NCBI RefSeq assembly: GCF_963921235.1
Contig: NC_086109.1
Span: forward strand, 23,686,001-23,750,000
From: Mobula hypostoma
Taxonomy: Eukaryota
Reading direction: 5' to 3'
DNA length: 64,000 nucleotides
Positions 62,844 to 64,000 of the stretch are shown here, piece by piece; the first letter of the stretch is position 1, and each line of letters begins with the position of its first letter. Position numbers and translations under genes: made by a program. The notes under the pieces were generated by a model. The model was not told where the DNA came from. It ran no database searches and saw only the letters and a program-made list of their open reading frames with translations.

Positions 62844-64000
<1,157 letters not shown>

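Overview
Eukaryotic, repeat-saturated vertebrate DNA. The repeat complement suggests a cartilaginous fish, probably a ray (inference): CR1 LINEs with an SGNH-esterase ORF1, Deu- and V-domain SINEs, Rex1/Babar, and Neptune-type Penelope elements. No complete host gene, rRNA/tRNA gene or CRISPR array is supportable. Most of the window is decayed and nested transposable elements: many CR1 copies (one young copy keeps a 338-aa open ORF2 C-terminus), Rex1/Babar, Tx1, RTE, two R4/Dong copies sitting in TAA/TATC microsatellites, two Ty3/Gypsy LTR elements, a near-complete Penelope-like element plus truncated or inverted copies, a hAT 5' fragment and a Tc1 deletion derivative. The right edge holds a rearranged Tc1 element very close to Sleeping Beauty. 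Notable signals: (1) recurrent ~200-250 bp palindromic mini-elements built from head-to-head Penelope pLTRs with minimal hammerhead-ribozyme motifs, three of them flanked by 14-19 bp target-site duplications, from two unrelated Penelope families; (2) a Sleeping Beauty-subfamily transposon inserted at a TA inside a local CR1; (3) a multi-element nest in which Dong targets the microsatellite inside a Rex1 3' UTR; (4) two candidate minus-strand host exons and a matching LINE strand bias. Family names and similarities come from motif recognition and recall, not database searches. Boundaries of old repeats are approximate.
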